A DNA stretch of 64,000 bases, taken from NCBI GenBank assembly GCA_902536695.1, contig CACAYQ010000001.1, positions 3,400-67,399 of the forward strand. Direction: 5' to 3'. The position numbers and the translations under genes were made by a program. Under the pieces are notes generated by a model. The model had not been told where the DNA came from and ran no database searches. It was given only the letters and a program-made list of their open reading frames with translations. The stretch comes from an uncultured Bacteroidota bacterium. Lineage in GTDB: Bacteria; Bacteroidota; Bacteroidia; Flavobacteriales_D; Parvicellaceae. This document shows positions 44,201 through 52,293 of the stretch, piece after piece. Within the stretch, counting starts at the first letter, position 1; each line of letters begins with the position of its first letter.

Positions 44201-45165
44201 CCGTTTATTATCCTGTATTCTTGTATTAAGGCCGCAACCACAAATTTCCCTGTAGACGCAGTGTAATAGTTTGTTAATCCGTTTTGGGCATTTACTGTAT
44301 AAGATCCACCAGTCCCGAACGGATTTTGAAAACTATGTCCTGCTGAGTAGGGTACAGTTGGTATTGGTAAAGAGTAATTGTTGGGGTAGATAGCAGGTTG
44401 GGGGTTGCCCGGTCCGTTTATATTACCGTCTAAGGGAGATACATAAGAAAAAACTAACTGATCTCCATCTACATCTATAGCGGTATTGAGCGCGCTAGTG
44501 GAATCATTAACACAAATAAAGGGTAGCGGATCCTTGATAAATTCTGGGCTTGTGTTTTGATAACCTACTGGTGGAATATATGCGTAATAAGTCATACCTA
44601 CACCCCCAGATCCCTGAATATTATTTATTCCGGAATTTCTACAACATCTTTCGTGAACAACATGATATCCACCGATTACAGGTTGATTATTTGAAGGGTT
44701 TATTACACTAAGTCTAGTAACAGCGGAATAACTAGCTAAAAATATACAAATATTGTTTCCGGTCAGGCAACCTGACGGATTATCAAGATTTACCCATTTT
44801 AAAGTATCTAATGAAAGAACTAATTCAGTTCCATACTTTGGGTAACTTGTGACTGTTTGAGGATATATGGTTGTTGGGTCATCATGCGCATAAAGTCCAA
44901 CTTCTATAGTATATTGACTTCCACCTGGCATCCATTGCGGGTTTGTCAGGGATGCATTTTCATATACATTATTAGCAGTGGCATCACAGTTGTAATAATA
45001 ATTCATGATTATTCTGTAATCTACAGCGTCAATAAATCCATTATTGTCTGTATCCACTGATTGAATAAACTCGTAGCGGAGGCTCCCACCAACTAAATGG
45101 GAAGCTTTTAAGGGATTATTAGCCCCCAAAATAAATATTAATAATATAATGAAGTTTCTTACCAT
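38230..45165 (-). CDS. giant T9SS type-B-CTD surface adhesin (gliding-motility-associated C-terminal domain protein) with Ig-like module array and an L-type lectin domain
   Basis: 2311 aa with a signal peptide, then ASHLVGGSLRYEF. About 19 tandem 75-80-aa modules each start C-x-G-D-S/T and contain Y-x-W-x-P. There is one PKD-like domain (FVWNFSDGES) and a type-B sorting domain at the C-terminus. Confidence 0.85.
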   Translation of the reverse strand: MVRNFIILLIFILGANNPLKASHLVGGSLRYEFIQSVDTDNNGFIDAVDYRIIMNYYYNCDATANNVYENASLTNPQWMPGGSQYTIEVGLYAHDDPTTIYPQTVTSYPKYGTELVLSLDTLKWVNLDNPSGCLTGNNICIFLASYSAVTRLSVINPSNNQPVIGGYHVVHERCCRNSGINNIQGSGGVGMTYYAYIPPVGYQNTSPEFIKDPLPFICVNDSTSALNTAIDVDGDQLVFSYVSPLDGNINGPGNPQPAIYPNNYSLPIPTVPYSAGHSFQNPFGTGGSYTVNAQNGLTNYYTASTGKFVVAALIQEYRIINGVSQLYGVTTREIQLNVASCPSNPPPNLNPQAGTTNTSIVIEEGDSVCVDFGYYDQNSPPDSMILTVTGQIFDPLITNPPATITDSIISDPNGTDTINATFCWGTACGQSQALPYIFTVSVSDRGCPPKTTNTVFDITINEYIYNGLPIGSTSGICQNSLETYSVINNPNIPSYDWNVSGGIIVQNWTDSIQVLWTNAGAGTVNLSAVNQFGCPSDPNPLNVIISPAPLVEAGSDSIICSGDSTVLLGTTTANPGYTSVWTSDTTNLLNPDPSLSSPNTLLTNAYPTDTTTYFLIVDIGGGCYGVDSVKVFVESGQVEAGQDQTICLGDSVQLSAAGNGVSYSWSPVDSLSNPNNQNTDAYPSLTTRYFVQSTTSNGCSGVDSMTVFVSPLPGASNNFILNGSAANLGNNEYLLTNATNWDAGAVWNQTLVNLNQPFHFDVDLYFGTQNATGADGIAFGLQQLSNQVLTQGGGLGYENISPSFFVEFDTWQNSQYNDIAPDHIAIQKDGVLDHNSSNNLSPAQAIGIGGNVEDGQWHNCVFDWDPSTQQFIVEFDGTQLINLNYDIISNVFGGLTATYWGFTASTGGSNNEQKIRYNANTFFNQITDQTICNNDSLSVSAPVVADSYLWEPNSFIDNNTSQSPFFSPNVTTQYVFTGTNSFGCFIKDTFQILVNDIPNLSAGPDQFVCSGDSALLNATGNANSYSWDNGYIDSTTIQINDTTTYILTATSLAGCSDTDTLTVYALPLPNTFTGETDGYINLCINETVQLNGSGADTYLWSPNTFLSDPTIPNPTASPTASQQYILTGSLANGCTTTDTLLIDINPLPTLTNGGDQTICQGDTVQIEAFGGITFNWISPDSINDPSISNPLVWPDTTTICQVLVSDVNTCEDTTEITVFVNPKPNIDAGPDQFICIGDSTSLSASGNAITYTWDNGVLDGVNFLVSSNQQYILTGTDANNCVNSDTVSVNVIQLPNIDAGNDASICLDDSIQLNASGGVTYIWSPITNISNANVVDPFVFPGSDTKYYVTGTDTNGCANIDSVQITIDALPTITTSNDTSLCIGDSITISASGGVSYLWLTTDSLDQTTINNPSIWPTNNTTYQVLVTGSNNCADTGSISIIVNNLPNVDAGINVDVCFGDTAQLSASGGLSYEWLTTTTISSTTVNNPNVWPTDTIIYQLKGTDANQCVNFDSVAVNVLALPIADAGPDLWICPGGSIQLNATGGLGYVWFPDSTLNDGLIQTPDASPADNETYVVTVTDINNCSNNDTLFLEVHPNVPTDAGGDTLTICEGTSVTLGGSPTSPFGSTYQWSPSSTLTSSTSANPSSVPITPTLFTVNTTNDTCTGVDSVFVTFFPTLLASTGSNVQICFGDSTTISVTGGDFYQWSPITNSTGDTIIINDTLANATVFPSDTTLFYVLISDTNGCNMTDSMLITVNPLPNFNLGNNTSICLYDSLTLQASSGDTYAWTPNYNITDTSVANPQVYNEVDTTYFVTVTDSNACVNTDSITISVNSLPTVTVQGNDTICYGTSTQLIAIGALSYIWSPIDSLSNPAIPYPNANPDSNISYTVTGTDGNGCTDQDAITITVLPLPNVDAGNDTTICPGLSVQLNATGGSTYQWLTPINLSNFLISNPIATPDTLTTYVVSTTDTNGCINTDTIMVALYDSANADAGFNVSACYNQGVQLNASGGVSYSWEPSFFVNHPTLADPLAFPNDDMTLTVQVTDSNGCIDFDDVNITVFIANAGTDTIICNGDSIQKTIGGDPATTFSWSPIDGVSDPTIYDPFLSPTTPTNYIVNIFNAAGCNYIDTVFVNVSNPIPTFDTILDPGCDGVVAEYTNTSNSEFNFVWNFSDGESSTLAGVEKIFDFGSSFSATLTVQDSLGCTNSITINGNADTFENYFDIYYPNVFTPNGDGENDQFIIQVPGRIYECTELIIYNRWGQVQFISTGNNLRWDGRNSVGGELPNGAYFFTLNVKDGFFSKSGTLYLFK
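38233..38493 (-). other. T9SS type-B C-terminal sorting domain (TIGR04131-like) of the adhesin
   Basis: YYPNVFTPNGDGENDQFIIQ...LIIYNRWGQVQF...WDGRN...LPNGAYFFTL... covers the last 87 aa. Confidence 0.85.
42418..43020 (-). other. legume (L-type) lectin-like domain embedded in the adhesin (aa about 716-916)
   Basis: Hallmark strings in order: FILNGSA, AGAVWN, GADGIAFGLQ, FFVEFDTWQN, DHIAIQ, YWGFTASTGG. Coordinates were calculated from the residue count and checked against the DNA (AGT AAT AAC TTC ATA CTT AAC on the minus strand at 43020). Confidence 0.7.
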
Positions 45166-45175
45166 TAATATGCTA

Positions 45176-47698
45176 TCAATTCAAAATTAAGCTGTTAGTT
45201 TTGATTGATTTATTGGCCAAGAACACCTTTACGAAATAAACTCCTTTTTGTTCCATAGAAAGGTCAATATTTTCTATGTTTTTATTGATGTCCACTTCGG
45301 AGTAAATTATCTTTCCCGTTATGTTACTAATTTCTATTTTATGAATTTGGTGTTGAGATTCGATTACAAATCGACCATGATTTGGATTTGGATATATTTT
45401 ATTTTCATTTCGATTACTCTCATTTATATTCACAGTACAGGCGTTAAAGGGACCATGCCAATCACTAGTATTTCCAATGCAGTTTGATTGTATGTAGAAA
45501 TCGTAGCAGGTTGACTCGCTTAGTCCAGTAACGTAGAAGTTATTAGTAAAAATATTGTTAAGTTGTATTCCTGTACCACTTAACACTCCAAAACCCTGAG
45601 GTCCGTACATAATATTCCATGAAGGTTCGTTACTGCCTTGATCCCATGATAATTGTACGCTTGTGTTAGAAATTGCTCCTACACTAGCAAACATAGGTTC
45701 AGGGCATGTTGCTATGTAAATGGAATAATCTTCCACTTGTCCCCGATTTACATTATCGCAAGAAAAGTTATTACTTCCAACCTCGTCTGATGAAATTCTA
45801 AGTCTCAGTGACTTGTTGGTTACGGCATTAGATGGTATTTGTACTATCGAAACGGGATCGAATGTGTTTAGTTTCTCCATGATCTTTTCGTTAGATTCAA
45901 AAATTCCATTATCGTTATAGTCTATCCAGGCTCTAGTATCTTGAGGGTTGTTGGAACCTGTAAAAACCCTTAATGCATAATTACTATTTAATTCAACCAA
46001 AGCACGTTGGTCACAGCTAAAGTCTACATATCCTTCAATAGCATCTGCAGAAGGGTGGTTTATATTAGAAAATTGTACTCTATTTATACCATAATCACAA
46101 CAATAAGCTAGGGTAGATGGTGTACACGAAGCAGGAGTTAATTTAAAAGATGTATCCACTTCTACGTAATTAGTAAGCGTGAGAGACGAAGTTCCATAAG
46201 AATTGGATACAGTTAATGTGACGTCATAAACTCCATTTGAATCATACTGGTGAGTAGGGTTTTGAAAAATCGATGAATTACCATCTCCAAAATCCCAATA
46301 CCATGCGTTTGGTAAGTTAGAAGATTGATCAAAGAAATTTACTGTTCCATCGCATGAGTAGTTTGTATTACTGTAAAAGTCTACGCTAGGAGGATTAGTA
46401 TTGATAGCTAGGTAAACCGTATAATCTTCTGCTTGCCCATAAACCGGATTAGTACATGGGTCTAAATTTCCAGAGAAAAAGAAATCTGACATTATTCTTA
46501 GCCTTAGTGGGGTATTCAAAGAAGCTATTGATGGAATTTGTATAGTACCTGTAGTGCTATCAGCATTGTTGTTGGATAATAACAACTCGTTGTTATTATC
46601 TAAAATCCCATCGTTATTTAAGTCGATCCACATGGAAAAGTTTTGATCTGAAGGGGATTCGTGGACTGCTCTTACATCATAGAAATCCCCTACGTAAAGA
46701 AGTGTGCTATCACACGTAAAGTCGGAATAACCTTCTGATGAATTTCCTGAAAGCTTATGTATTCCGCCTATTTGAAATTCTGTTATTCCATATCCAAATC
46801 CTGATATCTGAGTTTGAGGTATACATGATGCAGGTGCTGGAGGGGTATTAGCAAGATTAACCTGTATTAGATTATTTTGGATTACCGTATCTGATCCATA
46901 ATTATTGTAAGTTATTAGTTGAACATCATACGTTCCTGTAGCTGTGTAGGTATGAGTTGGATTTTGTTGTGTAGATGTATTACCATCCCCAAAATCCCAT
47001 AACCAAGAATTAGGGCTATTGGATGTGAGATCAGAAAAAATCACTGTGCCACTACATGAAGATGTAGAATTTGAGGTGAAGTTTGTAATTGGGGGACTGC
47101 TTGGATTAACCCATTCAAACCTAATGTTAGGCCTTTCAGTTTCAACACCATTTATCCAATTATTTTGACACGGAGAACTATTTTGTCTTCTTCTGTATAT
47201 GAGCGTATTGTAACTGTAATTGCTCATATTCATGATGGCATTTTGAGAATTACCACTGCTGTAAAAACATGTTTGGACTATAATATTTGAAGTTCCATCC
47301 CAATAAAATGGCGTGTGAAAATCATGCTGGTTCCACCCTGTAACGTCATTCACGGTAGTAGGGCCAAAACAAGTTTGCAAGTTATTGTTACTCCATGCAC
47401 TTAATGCAATTTGTGTAGTTGATTTTAGTTCTATTTCAAAGTTTGAAAGCGAACCACCACTGGGTATTGCTACATCAAATCCAATCCCAGAAATATTCCC
47501 TGCAGACATCCCAGATGCTTGAAGTTCTGACGCTCTGATCAAAATTTGATGTCTTGCTCCGCGGAACCAATTTCCATAAACGGAAGGGTATGCAGAGGTA
47601 GTATTTTGAATGGAACCAGTTCCTAAAATATGAAACGATCCTTGAGAAAAAAGTACACTTTGAATAAACAGCGCAATTAGTAAATATAAATTCTTCAT
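45176..47698 (-). CDS. T9SS type-A-CTD secreted protein with PKD, GEVED-like and FN3-like domains
   Basis: 840 aa with a signal peptide. Two PKD segments (WLWDFGDGNTSTQQNPTHTY, WYWDFGDGNSSIFQNPTHQY). Two GQAEDY / GQVEDY GEVED-type domain ends. C-terminal IYPNPNHGRFVIES...ISNITGKIIY...GVYFVKV. Confidence 0.8.
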   Translation of the reverse strand: MKNLYLLIALFIQSVLFSQGSFHILGTGSIQNTTSAYPSVYGNWFRGARHQILIRASELQASGMSAGNISGIGFDVAIPSGGSLSNFEIELKSTTQIALSAWSNNNLQTCFGPTTVNDVTGWNQHDFHTPFYWDGTSNIIVQTCFYSSGNSQNAIMNMSNYSYNTLIYRRRQNSSPCQNNWINGVETERPNIRFEWVNPSSPPITNFTSNSTSSCSGTVIFSDLTSNSPNSWLWDFGDGNTSTQQNPTHTYTATGTYDVQLITYNNYGSDTVIQNNLIQVNLANTPPAPASCIPQTQISGFGYGITEFQIGGIHKLSGNSSEGYSDFTCDSTLLYVGDFYDVRAVHESPSDQNFSMWIDLNNDGILDNNNELLLSNNNADSTTGTIQIPSIASLNTPLRLRIMSDFFFSGNLDPCTNPVYGQAEDYTVYLAINTNPPSVDFYSNTNYSCDGTVNFFDQSSNLPNAWYWDFGDGNSSIFQNPTHQYDSNGVYDVTLTVSNSYGTSSLTLTNYVEVDTSFKLTPASCTPSTLAYCCDYGINRVQFSNINHPSADAIEGYVDFSCDQRALVELNSNYALRVFTGSNNPQDTRAWIDYNDNGIFESNEKIMEKLNTFDPVSIVQIPSNAVTNKSLRLRISSDEVGSNNFSCDNVNRGQVEDYSIYIATCPEPMFASVGAISNTSVQLSWDQGSNEPSWNIMYGPQGFGVLSGTGIQLNNIFTNNFYVTGLSESTCYDFYIQSNCIGNTSDWHGPFNACTVNINESNRNENKIYPNPNHGRFVIESQHQIHKIEISNITGKIIYSEVDINKNIENIDLSMEQKGVYFVKVFLANKSIKTNSLILN

Positions 47699-47901
47699 TT
47701 TGTAGTTAATGAGATATTTTAGATTCCTTATAATTTAATAAAATTTTATAATCTGAACAATCATTATTATGACGACATTTTTTCAAAAGGTTGGTTAATT
47801 TACTAAGAAAAATGTCTTGTGGTTTTTAGTTTGTCAATTTTTTTTGTTTTAAGATAAACCAAAAAAAATAAACAAAAGTTAATGTAGGTTAATTAACAGA
47901 A

Positions 47902-49482
47902 CTAAATAAAGTTAATTTGATTCTCTAGTTCACTTAGAATTTCCTTTTTACTCACCGTTTTTATTCCAAATTTTGAAATAAACTGGTTGTAATAGGATAC
48001 TACCTCATCTAAATCATTAGTAACGGATTTCGGATCAAAGTACATTTGACCCGTTCTTCGATAAAAGAAATCCAATAAACTAAATACCCCTTCTTTTTCA
48101 AAGCAATATTTCATTTCGCAACATATCAGTTTTTGCTTTGCATCTTGGAAATCATCTAAAATTGAAATGGAATTCAGACCATAATTTTGTATAAAATAAT
48201 CAGACTTTAAATCATTGATTTTATAGTTTAAGCACAAATATTGCTTAAAATCATGGTACGAATTGAATTTGGGTTTAAAATTACCATCAATAGAGATATT
48301 TTGCGTCCTACATGTCTCCTTTGAAAAAATCAGATCTACAGCTCTTTTAGCCATTAATCGGTAACCTGTTAGTTTTCCTCCTGCGATGGTTATCATACCA
48401 GTTTTGGATATAAAAATTTCATCTTTTCTAGATATTTCTGTACTTGCTTTGCCTTCTTCCTCAATTAGAGGTCGTAACCCAGCCCAAGAGGAAATGATAT
48501 CACTATTTTGAATGCGCTGATCCGTAAAAGTCGAATTAACTCCATTTATAAGATAAGAAACTTCTTCTTTCGTAATATTAATTTTATCTTGACTTCCCTT
48601 GTAGTCATCATCGGTTGTTCCGATGTATGTGGTTCCCCCTCTAGGAATTGCAAAACACATCCTTTCGTCTTCCAAGTGATAATAAACAGCATGCTTTACG
48701 GGTAGTGCAGCTTTAGGAACTACAATATGAATACCTTTAGAAAGACGTATTTTAGACTGAAATTTTTCCTTTTCTAATAATCTGGTTTGATCTGCCCACG
48801 GGCCTGTTGCATTGATTACGTGTTCACTTTGGAAAATTATTTTTTGATTCAATATGTGGTCAAAGCAACTAACTTCGAAGTGATCTTTTTTTTCAATTTT
48901 TTCAACTTCCATGTAATTTAGGCTATTTCCATGGTACTGATTTGCGGTTTTAATAATGCTCGTAGTTAATCTCGCATCATCCGTTCTGTATTCAGCGTAT
49001 AAGCCTCCGCCAATTAAATTATAAGAATTGATTCTTGGTTCAACCGCTCTTGTTTCATCTTTTGACAACATTTTTCTGCGATCTATTTTTCTTACCTTAG
49101 CCAATAAATCATAGATTTTAAGGGCAATACTCAATTGCCATTTTTTAAATCCTTTACCCTTATATAACGGAACCAGCATCTTTTCTGGCCTAACAAGATG
49201 TGGCGCATTTTGGAAAGCAATATTTCGCTCTTTCCCCACATCACTAACCATCTTGAACTCTAAATTCTTCAAATATCGTAACCCACCATGAATCAGTTTG
49301 GTTGATTTGCTTGAAGTTCCTGAGGCATAATCATTTTTTTCAATGAGTAGGCATTTTTTCCCCCTTGAACAAGCATCAAGTAAAATACCTGCTCCTGTAA
49401 TTCCTCCTCCAATGATGATGAGGTCAAAAATTTCTTTTTTATTATTCTCAGTAAATGTCGATCTATTCTCTAAACTGATCAT
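47902..49482 (-). CDS. glpD: FAD-dependent glycerol-3-phosphate dehydrogenase
   Basis: 526 aa. Dinucleotide fold DLIIIGGGITGAGILLD, then SSKSTKLIHGGLRYL. Confidence 0.9.
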   Translation of the reverse strand: MISLENRSTFTENNKKEIFDLIIIGGGITGAGILLDACSRGKKCLLIEKNDYASGTSSKSTKLIHGGLRYLKNLEFKMVSDVGKERNIAFQNAPHLVRPEKMLVPLYKGKGFKKWQLSIALKIYDLLAKVRKIDRRKMLSKDETRAVEPRINSYNLIGGGLYAEYRTDDARLTTSIIKTANQYHGNSLNYMEVEKIEKKDHFEVSCFDHILNQKIIFQSEHVINATGPWADQTRLLEKEKFQSKIRLSKGIHIVVPKAALPVKHAVYYHLEDERMCFAIPRGGTTYIGTTDDDYKGSQDKINITKEEVSYLINGVNSTFTDQRIQNSDIISSWAGLRPLIEEEGKASTEISRKDEIFISKTGMITIAGGKLTGYRLMAKRAVDLIFSKETCRTQNISIDGNFKPKFNSYHDFKQYLCLNYKINDLKSDYFIQNYGLNSISILDDFQDAKQKLICCEMKYCFEKEGVFSLLDFFYRRTGQMYFDPKSVTNDLDEVVSYYNQFISKFGIKTVSKKEILSELENQINFI

Positions 49483-49487
49483 TATTC

Positions 49488-50948
49488 TTAAATATCATAG
49501 TGAGTAAGTAATGTCTGAATAGCCTTATTCCAGCTTTTAATTTTTTGATTAATCCTATTCGATGGGTTAGGTCTAAATATGTCTCTATTATCTTCATTAT
49601 TTTGAGTGAAAAAATCATTTTTATACCCTGCTAGTAGTGCTGCTCCAAGTGCAGTTGATTCAATCATACTGGGTCTGGATACATTACAATTTAGTACGTC
49701 AGCCTGAAATTGCATAAGAAAATTGTTTTCGCATGCTCCGCCATCTACAGCAAGTGTCGTTAGCTTCAAATTAGCATCTTTTTCCATAGCGATAAGCACA
49801 TCTCTTGTCTGAAGTGCGAGAGATTCAAGAGCCGCCTTGCAAATTTCCTTACTTCCCGAATTCCTAGATAATCCAAAAATAGTGCCTTTAACATTCATAT
49901 TCCAGTATGGAGCTCCTAAGCCAGAAAAAGAAGGAACGAAAATCACATCTTCATCCTTTGTTTCATTAGCTAGTTGCTCTGTTTCAGAAGCATGCGTTAT
50001 TATTTTTAAAGCATCTCTAAGCCACTGTATGGCTGCGCCTGCTATAAATACGCTACCTTCTAGAGCATAATTTACTTTTCCATTTATAGACCATGCAATA
50101 GTGGTAAGCAAACCATTTTGACTAGAAATTGAATTTTCTCCGGTATTTAGTAGCATAAAACAACCTGTACCATACGTATTTTTTGCCATCCCAACTTCGT
50201 AGCACTCCTGACCAAATAAGGCGGCTTGTTGGTCTCCTGCTACTCCAAGTATAGGTATGTTTACACCATTGAATTCCCAATTGCCAAATTCATCAGCGCT
50301 TTCTTTCAGCTCTGGCAAAACTTGAATAGGAACTTTAAAAAAAGATAATAATTCAGTATCCCATTTAATTTCTTTTATGTTCAATAATTGGGTTCTAGAT
50401 GCATTTGTAAGATCCGTAAAGTGATTTCCAGTTAAATTCCAAATTAACCAACAATCTATAGTGCCAAAGAGTAAATTATTATTAGATAGTAGTTTATTAC
50501 ACTCGGGTACGTTGTGTAATATCCAATGAATTTTGGTGGATGAAAAGTAAGAGTCTACAACAAGCCCTGTTTTTTCTTTGATGATTTCTTCTTTACCTTC
50601 CCTTATTAAGGTTTTACAGAATTCGGATGTCCTGTTATCTTGCCAGACTATAGCATTATAAACAGGTTTCCCAGTCGATTTATCCCAGAGTACTGTTGTT
50701 TCTCTTTGATTGGTAATACCAATACTTTCAATTTCATCAGCTTTTATACCTGATTTTTCAATTACCTTTTTTAAAGTAAAAAGTTGGGTTTCTAATATTT
50801 CTAATGGATCGTGTTCAACCCAGCCATTTTCTGGCATTATTTGGCTAAATTCCTTTTGTTCAGTATCGATTATTTTTTTATTTCTGTCGAACAAAATGGA
50901 TCTGCAACTTGTGGTACCTTGATCCAGTGAAATGATGTATTTTTTCAT
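49488..50948 (-). CDS. glpK: glycerol kinase
   Basis: 486 aa. SLDQGTTSCRSILF, GITNQRETTVLWD, GDQQAALFGQ and TYGTGCF. Confidence 0.95.
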   Translation of the reverse strand: MKKYIISLDQGTTSCRSILFDRNKKIIDTEQKEFSQIMPENGWVEHDPLEILETQLFTLKKVIEKSGIKADEIESIGITNQRETTVLWDKSTGKPVYNAIVWQDNRTSEFCKTLIREGKEEIIKEKTGLVVDSYFSSTKIHWILHNVPECNKLLSNNNLLFGTIDCWLIWNLTGNHFTDLTNASRTQLLNIKEIKWDTELLSFFKVPIQVLPELKESADEFGNWEFNGVNIPILGVAGDQQAALFGQECYEVGMAKNTYGTGCFMLLNTGENSISSQNGLLTTIAWSINGKVNYALEGSVFIAGAAIQWLRDALKIITHASETEQLANETKDEDVIFVPSFSGLGAPYWNMNVKGTIFGLSRNSGSKEICKAALESLALQTRDVLIAMEKDANLKLTTLAVDGGACENNFLMQFQADVLNCNVSRPSMIESTALGAALLAGYKNDFFTQNNEDNRDIFRPNPSNRINQKIKSWNKAIQTLLTHYDI

Positions 50949-50949
50949 G

Positions 50950-52293
50950 CTACCATGGATTGTTTATCCACTTTGAATTGTTATTACATGATTGGTACAC
51001 AGGGTCAATAAAAACATAAGTTGATTTTGCAGTTTTTTGAACCCATTTATCCATTGTAACCATCTGCTTCTGGGATAAAGCATATTGTTGTATAAACTCA
51101 TAATCATCATTGAGGTTAGCCATATGTGGGGATGTTCTATCCATCAATTTAAATATTCTATATCCAATGTTACCGCTAGGATCTTCATAATATTGTGGAC
51201 TTGAAATTTCGTCAATTTCCAGGGCGGAAATGGCAAAAAACAGGTTTTTATCTATGGTTTGCATGTCCCAATATGCCTCACCTGTAGCTTCATTGAAAAC
51301 AATTCCATTGCTCTTGTTATTTTCTTTATTAGCGTATTTTATTACAGCATTATCCCAGCTCAGTTTTCCATTTGCAATTTCAGAGGCAATTTGATCTAAA
51401 TTTTGTTTTATGGTAACAAGATCTTTGTCAGCAATTTTATTTTTTATTAAGATGTGAGCTCCATAGTATTGTTCACCTCGTCTTTTTTCCACCTTTAAAA
51501 TGTGATATCCGTAAGGACTTTCAAAAACTTCTGAAACGGTATTTAGTGGAATGGTATACGCTAATGCATCAAATTCCGGTACAAAATCTCCTCTATCTAC
51601 CCAACCAAAATTACCTCCCGCCACTTTCGTGCCAGGGTCTTCAGAGTAAAACTCTGCAGCAACTGAAAATGATATTTCGTTTGAAATAATCCTATCTCTT
51701 ATCTTGTTTAGTCTATTTTTTGTTTCGATTTTTTGTTGATAAGATAAGGCTGGAGCAAGAATAATTTGCGAAACCTTTACTTTACTATTTATAAAAGGAA
51801 TACTATCAGCAGGTATTTCTCTAAAATAAGATCGAACCTCTTTTGGACTAACTAAAATCTCACCTATAATTTCTTGTTGCATCTTTTGAGCCTTCATTTT
51901 ATCTTCAATTTGAACATAAAATTCATCTCTAATTTCTTGTACAGACTTCCCATAGTATTCTTCTAACTTATCTATACCACCAATTTGTGCTGAGAAATAC
52001 TGAATTCGTTGGTCTAATTCACTTTTAACCATTTCTTCTGTTACTTCGACACTGTCAATTTCGGCTTGATGTATTAGAAGTTGCTGAATCATAAGTTCTT
52101 CTAATAAATAGCAATCTATAGATGGAGAGATATCCATACCCTGTTGCGCAAGTTGCATCTTTTGACTTTGAACTTCAGAATATAAAATAGGTTTTTCGCC
52201 TACTACTGCAATTACCTTGTCTATAATTTCTTGATTGTAAGCTAAGCTAGAAATCAATAATAATACTATTAAGCTAATGGAAGATTTAGTCAT
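50950..52293 (-). CDS. SurA-type periplasmic chaperone / parvulin peptidyl-prolyl isomerase
   Basis: 447 aa with a signal peptide and a SurA-N-like domain. Parvulin domains VSQIIL... and SPYGYHILKV, AHILIK. Confidence 0.82.
   Translation of the reverse strand: MTKSSISLIVLLLISSLAYNQEIIDKVIAVVGEKPILYSEVQSQKMQLAQQGMDISPSIDCYLLEELMIQQLLIHQAEIDSVEVTEEMVKSELDQRIQYFSAQIGGIDKLEEYYGKSVQEIRDEFYVQIEDKMKAQKMQQEIIGEILVSPKEVRSYFREIPADSIPFINSKVKVSQIILAPALSYQQKIETKNRLNKIRDRIISNEISFSVAAEFYSEDPGTKVAGGNFGWVDRGDFVPEFDALAYTIPLNTVSEVFESPYGYHILKVEKRRGEQYYGAHILIKNKIADKDLVTIKQNLDQIASEIANGKLSWDNAVIKYANKENNKSNGIVFNEATGEAYWDMQTIDKNLFFAISALEIDEISSPQYYEDPSGNIGYRIFKLMDRTSPHMANLNDDYEFIQQYALSQKQMVTMDKWVQKTAKSTYVFIDPVYQSCNNNSKWINNPW

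Noticed and set aside
38230-45165. Regularly spaced repeats in the adhesin gene as a CRISPR-like or satellite array.
   Set aside because: The periodicity (about 230 bp) exists at the protein-module level only. The units are strongly diverged at the nucleotide level and lie within one continuous ORF.
47838-47868. T8 ... A8 inverted runs downstream of glpD as a terminator or phase-variable tract upstream of the 840-aa cargo gene.
   Set aside because: The stem would be A-T pairs only, with no GC clamp, so it is not a credible intrinsic terminator. Its position is too far (over 130 nt) from the cargo start to argue for promoter-spacer phase variation without data.
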